From: Chloroflexota bacterium
GTDB lineage: Bacteria; Chloroflexota; Dehalococcoidia; Dehalococcoidales; RBG-16-60-22
Direction of reading: 5' to 3'
Assembly: GCA_016190695.1 (NCBI GenBank)
Contig: JACPQC010000005.1
Location: 1,873-65,872 of the forward strand
DNA: 64,000 bases
Made by a program: the position numbers and the translations under genes
The notes under the pieces: model-generated
The model's input: the letters and a program-made list of their open reading frames with translations, nothing else
What the model was told of the DNA's origin: nothing
The model's database searches: none
Shown here: one piece after another, positions 50,522 to 60,695 of the stretch
Layout: each line of letters begins with the position of its first letter
How positions within the stretch are numbered: the first letter of the stretch is position 1

Positions 50522-50654
50522 TGTCACCCTGAGCCGAAGCCCTGAGCGTAGTGAAGGGGAAGCGAAGCATCTGGTGGGGCGGGGAATCAGACCCAACGCC
50601 AGATTCTGCGGAATTCTTCGAGGTAGAGGAGTCCAGGACTCCACAAGCATGACA
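50522..50654. repeat. TGTC-type REP, degenerate
   Basis: TGTCACCCTGAGC...GCGAAGCATCTGG...CCAGATTC...CATGACA. Confidence 0.6.
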
Positions 50655-50685
50655 ATAATGAACTTGAAGAAGGGACCAACCTGAA

Positions 50686-51588
50686 TTGAACTGGTTTGAT
50701 GCCGCCATACTGAGTCCGGCTGTCATGGGCGTAACGTCTATCCTGGATAGCCATATACTATCGAAGCGTGCGCCCAGCCTGCGCTTTTACCTGCTGGTAG
50801 GCGGCGCTTTTCACCTGACCTGGACCGTCATCTTCCTCAGCCTGTACCCCCTGCCTTCTGGAGTGAGCGCCAGCGGCTTCGTGGTGACCGTGGCCGCCGG
50901 CCTGCTGCGGGCGCTGGCGGTGACCATCATGTTCAATGCCATGCGCAGCGAGGAGGTGTCCCGGGTAATACCGGTGGTGTTCACTTATCCTGTCTTCGTC
51001 GCGCTGATGGCCGTTCCCCTGCTCGGCGAGAGACTGACCTACCTGCAGTGGCTGGCTATCATCGTGGTGGTCAGCGGGGCGGTGATGGTCTCTATCAAGA
51101 AAAGCCCCTCAGGGACCGCCTCCTGGCCGGGAAAGATATTCCTCGTCCTTCCCGTAGTCAGCCTCCTCTACGCCTCGGCAGATGTCACCGGCAAGTTTGC
51201 CGTCGCCCACTACTCACCGCTGCAGATAGTGGCCATAACCGAAGCCTGCGTTGCCCTGGTCTGGCTTTCGGTCGCGCTGCGCCCCGGCACCATCAGGGAG
51301 TTCCGGACCGCTCCGTGGCGGCGCTCAACTCCGGCGTTTATCGTGCTGGCCGAGACCATTGCCCCCACCGGCATTTTGCTGCTTCTGATGGCCATGCAGG
51401 GCGGGCCGGTGTCACTGGTGTCCACCATATCCGGGGCGCGGCCCATCTTTGTGGCCATGTTCGCCCTCATCCTCAGCCGCCTGGCCCCCCAGTTCCTGAT
51501 GTGGTCGCCGGGGAAAGGGATGGTAATGCTGAGGCTGGCAGCTACCGTGATGATAGTGGCCGGCATAAGCATCATTTACCTGACATAG
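50686..51588 (+). CDS. EamA/DMT transporter, paralog 3
   Basis: EEVSRVIPVVFTYPVFV, GPVSLVSTI; TTG start. Confidence 0.88.
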   Translation: MNWFDAAILSPAVMGVTSILDSHILSKRAPSLRFYLLVGGAFHLTWTVIFLSLYPLPSGVSASGFVVTVAAGLLRALAVTIMFNAMRSEEVSRVIPVVFTYPVFVALMAVPLLGERLTYLQWLAIIVVVSGAVMVSIKKSPSGTASWPGKIFLVLPVVSLLYASADVTGKFAVAHYSPLQIVAITEACVALVWLSVALRPGTIREFRTAPWRRSTPAFIVLAETIAPTGILLLLMAMQGGPVSLVSTISGARPIFVAMFALILSRLAPQFLMWSPGKGMVMLRLAATVMIVAGISIIYLT

Positions 51589-51662
51589 CCCGGTTTTTGC
51601 ATTCACTCTCTCAAAAATGGTATGCTGTAACCAGATTCCCCTGAAACGAGGCAAGCCCCTTA

Positions 51663-52559
51663 TTGGACTGGGTTGAAATATCGGTTCTGAGCGCGGCCAT
51701 AGTCGCCGCGGCCAATGTCCTGGAGAGCCACATCCTCTCCAGACGGATCCCCACACATCGAGTCTACCTGCTCCTGGCGGCATTGATCTCCCTGTCATAC
51801 GCCACTATCATAATTACCGTCTTTCCCTTCCCTGAAGGCATCCGGCTGGAAGGCGTCTTCGGGGCCATTTTCTCCGGCCTGGTGCGGTCAAGCGGCGTGG
51901 CGGTGCTCTTCTACGTCATGAAGAAGGAAGACGTGTCCCGCATCGTGCCCGTCGTGTTCACCTACCCCGTGTTCGTGGCGCTGCTGGCGGCCCCGTTCCT
52001 GGGAGAAAGCCTGTCTCCCCTTCAGTGGCTGGCGATCCTGGTAGTGGTCGCCGGGGCGGTGATGGTATCGGCGAAGAAAAGTCCCTCAGGTTCGACCACC
52101 TGGCCGGGCAGGGTATTTTTCGTGCTGCTGGGGGTGAGCTTTCTCTTCGCCCTGGCCGACCTGGCCGGGAAATACGCTGTAGGCTATATCTCAGCCTGGA
52201 ATGTTTTCGCCATCAACACCTTCCTCTTCGCCCTGGTCTTCGGGGTGATCTCGGCCCGTCCCGCAGTGCTCAGTGACCTGGCCAGGACGAAGCAACCGGC
52301 GCTCACGGTGACCATGGCCTTCATCGCCGAATCGTTGGCGGTAGTGGCTATCGGGCTGCTGATATGGGCGATGGAAAGGGGGCCGGTGTCCCTGGTGTCC
52401 ACCATCGTGGGCAGCCGCCCCATCTTCGTGTCCAGCATCGCCCTGGTGGTGAGCCACCTCGCCCCCTCTTTCCTGATATGGACGCCGGGCCGGAGGGCGC
52501 TCCGCTTCGCCGCCACCATGCTGATATTCGCCGGGATAAGCATTATCTACCTTTCCTGA
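51663..52559 (+). CDS. EamA/DMT transporter, paralog 4
   Basis: EDVSRIVPVVFTYPVFV, GPVSLVSTI; TTG start. Confidence 0.88.
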   Translation: MDWVEISVLSAAIVAAANVLESHILSRRIPTHRVYLLLAALISLSYATIIITVFPFPEGIRLEGVFGAIFSGLVRSSGVAVLFYVMKKEDVSRIVPVVFTYPVFVALLAAPFLGESLSPLQWLAILVVVAGAVMVSAKKSPSGSTTWPGRVFFVLLGVSFLFALADLAGKYAVGYISAWNVFAINTFLFALVFGVISARPAVLSDLARTKQPALTVTMAFIAESLAVVAIGLLIWAMERGPVSLVSTIVGSRPIFVSSIALVVSHLAPSFLIWTPGRRALRFAATMLIFAGISIIYLS

Positions 52560-52667
52560 CCGGAAGCACATTAGCTTTACCTTTTGCCTTTTATTCTTTT
52601 TGCTTGATATTGTAAGATAATTAGTAGTACCATTGGTATGGCTACAATTCCCGACCGGAGGATATAA

Positions 52668-52961
52668 ATGGGCAGAAGGGGGAAAACAGAAAAGGTTTCA
52701 GTTACACTTCCCAGGGAACTGGCAGGTGAGATTCGTTCCATTGTATCCCAGGGAGAGGTAAGCTCCTTTTTCACCGAGGCGCTTGAGCACTATCTCGCTT
52801 ACCGTAAGCAAAGGGTAGCACTGGATAAAGGGTTCGGAGCATGGAGAGATGAGAACCATCCCGACCTGGGTACTCCACAGGATACCACTGCATATGTTCA
52901 CAGTCTGAGAGAAGCTGACAGGAAACGACTGGAGCGGCCAGGAGGTACCGTTGCACAGTAG
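52668..52961 (+). CDS. RHH/CopG-type antitoxin (VapB-like)
   Basis: KVSVTLPREL...SSFFTEAL...FGAW; overlaps a PIN gene. Confidence 0.8.
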   Translation: MGRRGKTEKVSVTLPRELAGEIRSIVSQGEVSSFFTEALEHYLAYRKQRVALDKGFGAWRDENHPDLGTPQDTTAYVHSLREADRKRLERPGGTVAQ

Positions 52962-53361
52962 CCGGATCAAAGGTATCTCTTGTCTAATAGATACCGATAT
53001 AGCTATTGATTTCCTGAGGCGGCGTGATTATGCTCGTAAGCTGCTTGAAAACTGGGCTGATGAAGGACTTCTAGCGATAAGCACCATTACCCATTTTGAG
53101 ATATACCAGGGTATGAAAACCGGAGAAGAGCAGGCAACTAACGCTTTCCTCGATGGTCTTCTCTCGGTGGCTGTTGACATACCTGTTGCCCGGCAGGCAG
53201 GCAGGATACTGGGCGATCTCCGCTCAAAAGGAATGACCGCAGGCATCGCTGACTCAATTATTGCCGCAACAGCATTACAGCTTAGTGCTCCGCTATTGAC
53301 TAATAACGTAGAGCATTATCCTTTTCCAGATTTAACGGTAGTCCGCGGATTGAAGATTTAA
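52951..53361 (+). CDS. vapC: VapC PIN-domain toxin
   Basis: LIDTDIAID, EIYQG, DSIIAATA, LLTNNVEHY. Confidence 0.9.
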   Translation: MHSSRIKGISCLIDTDIAIDFLRRRDYARKLLENWADEGLLAISTITHFEIYQGMKTGEEQATNAFLDGLLSVAVDIPVARQAGRILGDLRSKGMTAGIADSIIAATALQLSAPLLTNNVEHYPFPDLTVVRGLKI

Positions 53362-53431
53362 CCGGATGACCGGCCCCATCTCCAGCCTGCTGTGCTATAA
53401 TTCAGGCAAGCGTTTAGCCACAGGAGCGGAC

Positions 53432-54706
53432 ATGTCTGAAACCATCAACCTGGCCAGGCGGTTGGGATCAGGACTGCCGCCGGACCTGGTCGGTTTCCTG
53501 CGAACGGCCGGAAAGTCGGCCGGCGAGGCTGGCCAGAAGCTTTACCTTGTGGGCGGCGTGGTGCGCGACTTGCTCCTGGGGCGGTCCAATGTGGACCTGG
53601 ACCTGGTGCTGGAGGGCGATGCCATAAGACTGGCGCAGGAGCTGGCGTCCGGGCTGCAGGGCAAGATGGTAGCCCATCGCCGTTTCGGCACCGCCAGTGT
53701 GCAGTGGAACGGCTGGAAAGTTGATATCGCCACCGCCCGCCTGGAAAGCTATCCCCACCCCGGCGCCCTGCCCGTAGTGCGGCCCGGCTCGATTGAGACC
53801 GACCTTTCCCGGCGCGATTTCACCATAAACGCTATGGCCGTCGAGCTTGCGCCTGAGCACTACGGCCTGTTGCTCGACCGGTTCGGGGGGCTGAACGACC
53901 TCCGGAACGGCCTGGTCCGGGTGCTCCATGAGCTTAGCTTCATCGATGACGCCACCCGCATCTGGAGAGCGCTGCGCTACGAGCAACGCCTGGGCTTCGG
54001 GCTGGAGGCATCTACCCTGGCGCTGCTGAAACGGGATGTGAACATGCTCTCGACCGTCAGCGGCGACCGCATCCGGCACGAACTGGAGCTGGCGCTAAAA
54101 GAGCCAGAGCCGGAGCGGGTGCTCTGCCGCGCCGGTGAGCTGGGCGTCCTGGCCAGGCTGCACCCGTCGCTTAAGTGCGACGACTGGCTGGTAGAGAAAT
54201 TCGGGCGGTCCAGGGAGACTCAGGGTGGGACGCCCGGGGTCTATCTCGCCCTGTTGTGTTACCGCCTCGGCAGCGAGGAAACGGAGCAGTTGGTCTCCTA
54301 TCTCAGGCCGGCCAGCCCCCTGGCCCGCACCCTGCGGGATACCGCCAATCTCAAAGCGAAACTGGAACTTCTGACCGACCCCACCCTCGCCCCCAGCGCC
54401 ATCCGCTCCCTGCTCGACGGCTACAGCCTGACGGCCCTGGCGGCGGCCCAGGTGGCCACTGATTCGCCGCTGGTCAGGGAGCGAGTTGACCTCTACTTAA
54501 GGAAGCTGCGCCACGTAAAGCCCTCCCTCACCGGCGACGATCTGAAGAAGCTGGGCGTGCCCCCCGGCCCCGGCATGAAGGAGGCACTGCAGGCGCTGCT
54601 CCAGGCTCGCCTCGACGGCAGGGTGACCACGAGGCGCGAGGAGGAAGATATGGTGAAAAGACGGACTGTGAGTAGCATCGGAACTAACTGCCCTGAGAGA
54701 AGGTGA
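53432..54706 (+). CDS. tRNA nucleotidyltransferase (class II CCA/A-adding family)
   Basis: YLVGGVVRD, DLD, RRDFTINAMA, SFIDDATR. ATG at 53432 has SD AGGAG. Confidence 0.88.
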   Translation: MSETINLARRLGSGLPPDLVGFLRTAGKSAGEAGQKLYLVGGVVRDLLLGRSNVDLDLVLEGDAIRLAQELASGLQGKMVAHRRFGTASVQWNGWKVDIATARLESYPHPGALPVVRPGSIETDLSRRDFTINAMAVELAPEHYGLLLDRFGGLNDLRNGLVRVLHELSFIDDATRIWRALRYEQRLGFGLEASTLALLKRDVNMLSTVSGDRIRHELELALKEPEPERVLCRAGELGVLARLHPSLKCDDWLVEKFGRSRETQGGTPGVYLALLCYRLGSEETEQLVSYLRPASPLARTLRDTANLKAKLELLTDPTLAPSAIRSLLDGYSLTALAAAQVATDSPLVRERVDLYLRKLRHVKPSLTGDDLKKLGVPPGPGMKEALQALLQARLDGRVTTRREEEDMVKRRTVSSIGTNCPERR

Positions 54707-55131
54707 AGATGCGCTACCTGGGACTGGACATTGGAGACAAGAGCATAGGCGTGGCGCTGAGCGACCCCCTGGGCATGCTGGCCACCCCGCTTACCATCAT
54801 CGAGCGGCGGGATAAAAGCGCCGACCTGGAGGCCATCGCCAGCATCATCCGGGAGAACCAGGTAGAGACCACAGTGGTCGGCCTGCCCCGCTCGATGTCC
54901 GGGGACATGGGCATCCAGGCGGAGAAGGTGTCCGCCTTTGCCGAGGCGCTGCGCCGGCATACCGGGGTCAAGCTGGAGATGAGGGATGAGCGGCTGTCCA
55001 CGGTATCGGCGCGGCGGCTGATGCGCGAAGCGGGCAAGAAAAGCCGGGAGCGTGATGACGCCTTTGCCGCCGCCCTGATCCTGCAGGGCTACCTGGACGA
55101 AGACTGGATGGCCGGCCACGAGCAAACATGA
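54703..55131 (+). CDS. ruvX: Pre-16S rRNA nuclease RuvX/YqgF
   Basis: LGLDIG, GVALSD, VVGLP, DERLST, DAFAAALILQGYL. Confidence 0.93.
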   Translation: MKMRYLGLDIGDKSIGVALSDPLGMLATPLTIIERRDKSADLEAIASIIRENQVETTVVGLPRSMSGDMGIQAEKVSAFAEALRRHTGVKLEMRDERLSTVSARRLMREAGKKSRERDDAFAAALILQGYLDEDWMAGHEQT

Positions 55132-55300
55132 GAACATCCGACGCCTGCCATATCCGCCCCACAGCCGGGCGCTTTCTCCCTTCGATTGACAATAGCCGAG
55201 GCCTGTTAGTATCATATTAATGTTGCGGGTCATCTGGTCGCCCTGTTCTCCGTTGGCAGGTGACTCCTGAAGTAATCGCGCGGCGGGACAATGGCACATT

Positions 55301-56359
55301 ATGGCTGTGAAACGAGATTATTACGAGGTCCTGGGCCTGCCCCGGGAGGCTACAGAAGAAGATATAAAGCGGGCTTTCCGCAAGCTGGCATTCCAATACC
55401 ATCCTGACCGGAACCATGAGCCGGGCGCCGAGGACAAGTTCAAGGAGTTGAACGAGGCCTACGAGGTGCTGTCCGACTCCAGGAAGCGGGCGGCCTATAA
55501 TCAGTACGGCCATGCCGGTGAGGCGGCAGCCTACGCCCGGGGCTTCGAGGGATTCGACTTCAACTTTGGCAATTTCGGCGATATTTTTGACGCCTTCTTC
55601 GGCGCAGCGGCTACGGCCACCCGGCGCGGACCGCAGCGCGGCGCTGACCTGAAATACCAGTTGACCATAACCTTCGAAGAGGCGGCATTGGGTTGCGAGA
55701 AAGAGGTCAGCCTGACGCGCAACGAGTCCTGCGCCGCCTGTCGCGGTTCCGGGGCAGCCGCCGGCACGCAACCCATCCGCTGCCCTCAGTGCAATGGCAC
55801 CGGCCAGATGCAACAGGTCCAGCGCAATCTCTTTGGACGGTTTGTCAATACCGTTATCTGCGGTCAGTGCCGCGGGGAAGGCTCGATAATCCGTGACCCC
55901 TGCCCGGAGTGCCGCGGGGCTGGCCAGGTCAAGCGCCAGCGCACCCTGACCATCGATATTCCCGCCGGTGTAGACGGGCATTCCGAGATGAGGGTCAGGG
56001 GGGAAGGCAGCGCCGGCATTAAAGGCGGCCCCCCCGGTGACCTCCACATATCGCTGGCGGTGCTGGAGCATGACGTCTTTACCAGGGAGGGTGATGACGT
56101 CATCTACAAACTGCCCATCAACTTCGCCCAGGCAGCCCTGGGAGCGGAGGTGGAAGTACCCACTCTCTACGGGAAGAGCAAGGTAAAAATTCCCGCAGGT
56201 AGCCAGACAGACCATACCATCAGGCTGAAGGACAAGGGCATCGCCCGGCTGCACAAGAGCGGAAAAGGGGACCAGTTGGTGCTGCTGACGGTTACGACTC
56301 CTGAATCCCTCACCAGAGAGCAGCGCCAGTTACTGGAAGAGCTGGCCAAGACCTTTTAG
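55301..56359 (+). CDS. dnaJ: Chaperone DnaJ
   Basis: DYYEVLG, HPD, G/F region, four CxxCxGxG motifs. Confidence 0.96.
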   Translation: MAVKRDYYEVLGLPREATEEDIKRAFRKLAFQYHPDRNHEPGAEDKFKELNEAYEVLSDSRKRAAYNQYGHAGEAAAYARGFEGFDFNFGNFGDIFDAFFGAAATATRRGPQRGADLKYQLTITFEEAALGCEKEVSLTRNESCAACRGSGAAAGTQPIRCPQCNGTGQMQQVQRNLFGRFVNTVICGQCRGEGSIIRDPCPECRGAGQVKRQRTLTIDIPAGVDGHSEMRVRGEGSAGIKGGPPGDLHISLAVLEHDVFTREGDDVIYKLPINFAQAALGAEVEVPTLYGKSKVKIPAGSQTDHTIRLKDKGIARLHKSGKGDQLVLLTVTTPESLTREQRQLLEELAKTF

Positions 56360-56442
56360 GCCTGGAACAGTTAGACCGGATAAGAGCAACATACTGGCGA
56401 AAGCCGGTTTCAGCGGTGGATGAGCCACTCCGGCACTCTTTT

Positions 56443-57531
56443 CTAAACTGAGGCAATATCCGCCCTGGAAAAGACCGCCTTCGGCCGTCTGCGCCGCCTG
56501 AAAAAGGAGAACAGCCGCCACCTTCGCCCCACCAGTTCATGCCTGATGCTGCCGCCCATCAGGTCCCTGGCCACCTCTCTGGGGTCGCGCCCTTCGTAGA
56601 GCACCTGGAAGATTCCCTCGGTAATGGGCATTTCCAGGCCTGATTGCTGGGCCAGTTTACGTGCCACCAGGGTAGTGGTCACCCCCTCGGCCACTTCGGT
56701 CATGGAATCGATGATTTCAGCCAGCGGCCGTCCCTTGGCCAGTTCTTCGCCCACATAGTGGTTCCGGCTGAGCGGACTGGCGCAGGTGGCGATGAGGTCG
56801 CCGAGTCCAGCCAGGCCGGAGAAGGTCAGCGGGTTGGCGCCCAGTGACATGCCCAGGGCCGTGATTTCGGTGAGCCCCCGCGTCATAAAGGCGGCCTTGG
56901 CGTTATCTCCATAGCCCAGGCCATCAGCGATCCCCGCGCCCAGGGCGATTATGTTCTTGAATGACCCGCCCAGCTCAACTCCCACCAGGTCAGTGTTGCT
57001 GAAAACACACAGATTGGGCGTTGAAAGTAGCTTCTGTGCCTTCCTGGCTACCGCGCTGTCTTCAGCAGCTATGACCGTTGCCGCCGGCAGCTTGCAGAGT
57101 ACCTCCCGGTACAGGTTGGGGCCGGAGAGCACGCAAATATTGGGGTGCAGGCGGGACTTTATCTCGCTGGCGATCACCTGGGACATCCGCTCGCTGGTAC
57201 CGATCTCCAACCCCTTGGCAGCGCTGATTATGAGCATCGAGCCGGTGAGGTGACTCTCGACCAGCTTTATGTTCTGGCGCATGCTCTGGGATGGCACCGC
57301 CAGTATCACCGCCTTGACCCCCTCCAGCGCCTGGTTCAGATGGCTGGTAATGGTGATCTGCGGCGGGAATGTTATCCCCGGGAACTGGTTGGCATTCGGC
57401 CCTTCGCTTCTCAGCTTTATTGCTTCCTGCTCGGTCCGCGCCCATAGCTTTACCCGGTGCTCCTTTTGCGCCAGCAACAGACCCAGCGTAATGCCCCAGG
57501 AGGTAGTGCCAATTATAGCGATATCAGTCAT
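56443..57531 (-). CDS. gpsA: NAD(P)H glycerol-3-phosphate dehydrogenase
   Basis: AVPS, KGLE, SGPN, GGSFKNIIA, GLGDLIATC, SRN, EGV. Confidence 0.93.
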   Translation of the reverse strand: MTDIAIIGTTSWGITLGLLLAQKEHRVKLWARTEQEAIKLRSEGPNANQFPGITFPPQITITSHLNQALEGVKAVILAVPSQSMRQNIKLVESHLTGSMLIISAAKGLEIGTSERMSQVIASEIKSRLHPNICVLSGPNLYREVLCKLPAATVIAAEDSAVARKAQKLLSTPNLCVFSNTDLVGVELGGSFKNIIALGAGIADGLGYGDNAKAAFMTRGLTEITALGMSLGANPLTFSGLAGLGDLIATCASPLSRNHYVGEELAKGRPLAEIIDSMTEVAEGVTTTLVARKLAQQSGLEMPITEGIFQVLYEGRDPREVARDLMGGSIRHELVGRRWRLFSFFRRRRRPKAVFSRADIASV

Positions 57532-57573
57532 CTTGTCACGCTAATATACATTCCCGTTGCCGGGAACGATTCT

Positions 57574-58932
57574 TCATTCGCCCCTCGACTTGAACACCAT
57601 GCGGATAGGCGTACCGGTGAATCCAAAGGCCTGGCGCAACTGGTTTTCCAGGTAGCGCTGGTAAGAGAAATGCACCAGCCGGGCATCGTTGACGAAGAAA
57701 ACGAAGGTGGGCGGGTCTGTCTCGGCCTGGGTGACATACTTCACCTTGAGCTGTCGCCCTGCGCCACGGGGGGGATTGTGGGCCGATACCGCCTGCTGCA
57801 CCACGTTGTTGACTTCGGATGTGGGCAGCCTCTTGTGTCTCTCCTGGTATACCAGGCTCGCCGTGGGTATAATCCTTTCGATGCCCTTGCTGAGCTTGGC
57901 GGAAACATAGAGCACAGGGACGTAAGTCATAAACTTGAGATGGCTCTTGATAAACGTATCCCACCTGGCCATGTCCTGGTCGGCAACGAGGTCCCACTTG
58001 TTGACCACCAGCACTACCCCTTTGCCCGCATCCCGGACATGCCCGATGATATGGGTATCCTGGGCGGTGAGCGGCTCGCTGGCGTCCAGTACCAGCAGGA
58101 CAACGTCCGAGCGTTCAATGGCGCGCAGGGCGCGCATCACGCTGTAGCGCTCTATGCCGGCCTCCACCCTTCCCCGCCTCCTGATACCGGCGGTATCGAT
58201 GAGAAGCACCTCCTGTCCATCGAAATCGAACAGGGCGTCAACGGAATCCCGGGTTGTCCCCGGCGTCTCGGAGACGATAGACCTCTTCTCACCGACCAGC
58301 GTATTAAGCAGCATCGATTTGCCCACGTTAGGCCGGCCAACGATGGCCACTTTCATCGCCTCCGGCCCGGCCTCTGCCTCTTTAGCCGGCGGCAGCAGTG
58401 AGACCAGACGGTCAAGCATATCGTAAACACCCTGCCCGTGATAGGCGCTGACCATCGCCGGCTCGCCCAGCCCTAGCTGGTAGAACTCCATCGCCTGGGC
58501 CTCCAGGGCCGGGGTCTCCACCTTATTGACCACAAGAAGCACCGGCCTGCCCGAGTGGCGGAGCATATCGGCTATGTCCTGGTCTGCCGGCGTCAGCCCG
58601 CTCCTGGCGTCAACCAGGAATATGACCACATCCGCTTCGGTGATAGCTACTCGCACCTGCCCGGCCACTTCCAGCGACATGGCTGATTCCGGTTTAAGCT
58701 CAAGGCCGCCGGTATCGACAATGGTGAAACTGGCGCCGCCCCAGGCGATATCGGCAAAAACGCGGTCGCGAGTCGTCCCGGGCAAGTCTTCCACGATAGC
58801 AACGCGCTTTCCAGCCGTGCGGTTAAGCAAGGTGGACTTGCCCACGTTCTGCCGGCCCACTATCGCCACTACCGGCCTGACCATTCTCTCTTTCGGCTCT
58901 TCCGTTGTCATCACAGACTCTGTATGCATCAC
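57574..58932 (-). CDS. der: Ribosome biogenesis GTPase Der/EngA
   Basis: Two GTPase domains (GRQNVGKS, GRPNVGKS; DTGG, DTAG; NKVE, NKWD) plus KH-like domain. Start may be 58911 or 58884. Confidence 0.96.
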   Translation of the reverse strand: MMHTESVMTTEEPKERMVRPVVAIVGRQNVGKSTLLNRTAGKRVAIVEDLPGTTRDRVFADIAWGGASFTIVDTGGLELKPESAMSLEVAGQVRVAITEADVVIFLVDARSGLTPADQDIADMLRHSGRPVLLVVNKVETPALEAQAMEFYQLGLGEPAMVSAYHGQGVYDMLDRLVSLLPPAKEAEAGPEAMKVAIVGRPNVGKSMLLNTLVGEKRSIVSETPGTTRDSVDALFDFDGQEVLLIDTAGIRRRGRVEAGIERYSVMRALRAIERSDVVLLVLDASEPLTAQDTHIIGHVRDAGKGVVLVVNKWDLVADQDMARWDTFIKSHLKFMTYVPVLYVSAKLSKGIERIIPTASLVYQERHKRLPTSEVNNVVQQAVSAHNPPRGAGRQLKVKYVTQAETDPPTFVFFVNDARLVHFSYQRYLENQLRQAFGFTGTPIRMVFKSRGE

Positions 58933-58944
58933 GGTGTCCAGATA

Positions 58945-59604
58945 TTATGTTTGCCTGACCGGAGACAACTCCTTTGCCAGCTTCACGCTGGGAGGCTCGA
59001 TGCCGCTCCGGGCTATCTTCTTCAGCGTGCTGATATTATCCCTGAAGTCCTGGACAAAGGCATTATACTCGGTCACAAACTTATTATACTGCTCACCGGT
59101 CTCGCGGGGTATATCAACGCTCCCGGCAAGCTCCTGGAACTGCTCGACGAACTCGTAATAATGGCCGTTCATATCCCACAGTTCGTTCAAATAGGTGAAC
59201 ATATAGACCGGGAATTTGCCGGCCTTGACGTCGTTTTCAACGCGGCTTACATAGCTGTCACACCAGGTATTGAAGATGCGCCCGGACATCTCGCAGGCCC
59301 GCACCCATTCCCACACCCTGGGATTGTCCGTGTTGACCAAGCCGCCGATTATGGCGAAGATAGACAGCGAGGAGTTGCCGGCGAACCGGCGCTGGAAATA
59401 TCCGGCCAGTTGCCTCAGCCGGAGGGACGACATCTCCAGTTCCCTGTTCCTGGAGCCGATGGCCGCCACCATCAGCCCTATGGCCAGGATGAGGATGAGC
59501 GCCGGAACGATGATCTCGACCGGCCAACCGAAGACCAGGCCGAACACAGCAAGGGCCGTTATCAGCGCCGGGTACCAGCCCCAGCCGGCGATATGCCTCA
59601 GCAT
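58945..59604 (-). CDS. Hypothetical membrane protein (two N-terminal TM)
   Basis: Host-like ORF overlapping the end of argF, between argF and der. Confidence 0.75.
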   Translation of the reverse strand: MLRHIAGWGWYPALITALAVFGLVFGWPVEIIVPALILILAIGLMVAAIGSRNRELEMSSLRLRQLAGYFQRRFAGNSSLSIFAIIGGLVNTDNPRVWEWVRACEMSGRIFNTWCDSYVSRVENDVKAGKFPVYMFTYLNELWDMNGHYYEFVEQFQELAGSVDIPRETGEQYNKFVTEYNAFVQDFRDNISTLKKIARSGIEPPSVKLAKELSPVRQT

Positions 59605-60524
59605 GGCGAAAGCCCGTTGAGCATTTTTACCAGCAAGGCCTTCTGCAGGTGCATCCTGTTCTCTGCCTGGTCAAAGACTATGGACTGAGGGCTATCCAGG
59701 ACGACATCGGTCACTTCCTGTCCGCGGTGGGCAGGGAGGGGATGCATGAGGATGGCGTCTTCCCGGGCCAGGGACAGGAGTTCTTCGGTGACCTGGTAGC
59801 CGGCGAACGCCTTTTGCTTGCACTCCGCCTCGGCTTCCTGTCCCATGCTGACCCAGACGTCGGTATAGACCACGTCCGCCCCGGCAACCGCCTGGCGAGG
59901 CTCCTCAGTGCAAAGGATTTCGCTGCCGGAATCCCGGGCGTAATCCCGGGACAGGCGCAATATTCGTTCCTGTATCCCGTAGTTGCGAGGCGATGCGATC
60001 CTGAAGTCCATCCCGGCAAGCGCCGCCGCCAACACAAGGCTCTGGGCCACGTTATTGCCGTCGCCTACGTAGGCCAGGGTCACCTCTTTGAGCCTGCCCT
60101 TCCTTTCGTAAATGGTGAGCAGATCAGACAGAGCCTGGCAGGGGTGCTCCAGGTCAGACAGGGCGTTTATCACCGGCACCGTGGCGTGCCTGGCCAGCGC
60201 CTCCAGGGTCTGGTGAGAAAAAGTGCGGACAGCCACGATATCCACGTACCGGCTGAGCATGCGGGCCACATCCGGGACGGCCTCCCGCTTGCCCAGGCCG
60301 ACTTCCCCCGGGGAGAGATAGATGGTATGGCCGCCCAACTGGTGCATGGCCATGTCAAAGCTGACCCGCGTCCTGAGCGAGGGCTTTTCGAACAGAAGGG
60401 CCAATGCCCTGCCATCCAGGCACTTGTTCCGCCTCTGCGCCTTCATATCCATAGCGTCAGCTATGAGCGTTGTAATGTCCTTGCTGCTGAGGTCCGATAT
60501 GGACAGCAGGTCCTTGTTTCTCAA
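59598..60524 (-). CDS. argF: Ornithine carbamoyltransferase
   Basis: FEKPSLRTR, HPCQ, GDGNN, YTDVWVSMG, HPLP, QAENR; TTG start inferred. Confidence 0.94.
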   Translation of the reverse strand: MRNKDLLSISDLSSKDITTLIADAMDMKAQRRNKCLDGRALALLFEKPSLRTRVSFDMAMHQLGGHTIYLSPGEVGLGKREAVPDVARMLSRYVDIVAVRTFSHQTLEALARHATVPVINALSDLEHPCQALSDLLTIYERKGRLKEVTLAYVGDGNNVAQSLVLAAALAGMDFRIASPRNYGIQERILRLSRDYARDSGSEILCTEEPRQAVAGADVVYTDVWVSMGQEAEAECKQKAFAGYQVTEELLSLAREDAILMHPLPAHRGQEVTDVVLDSPQSIVFDQAENRMHLQKALLVKMLNGLSPC

Positions 60525-60695
60525 GCAAACCCCCGGCAATGCTCTACAGAGTATAGCACAAAAGGGCAAGCCCTCCATAGTGCCCTACTGTTATGTCAAC
60601 ATCGCCCCGATGAATTGCATCCGGCGCTTTGCAGGGCTATAATTGGCCTTAGACTTAGCAAGGCTTCCCGCCCTGCCGACTGGATCCTGCCCTCG

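Noticed and set aside
55140-55300. CIRCE or HAIR element upstream of dnaJ
   Set aside because: Neither TTAGCACTC-N9-GAGTGCTAA nor CTTGAGT-N7-ACTCAAG is present.
59649-60695. Apparent 350-aa N-terminal extension on the TauE protein (625-aa ORF)
   Set aside because: It is the antisense shadow of argF; the real gene starts at about 60696-60711.
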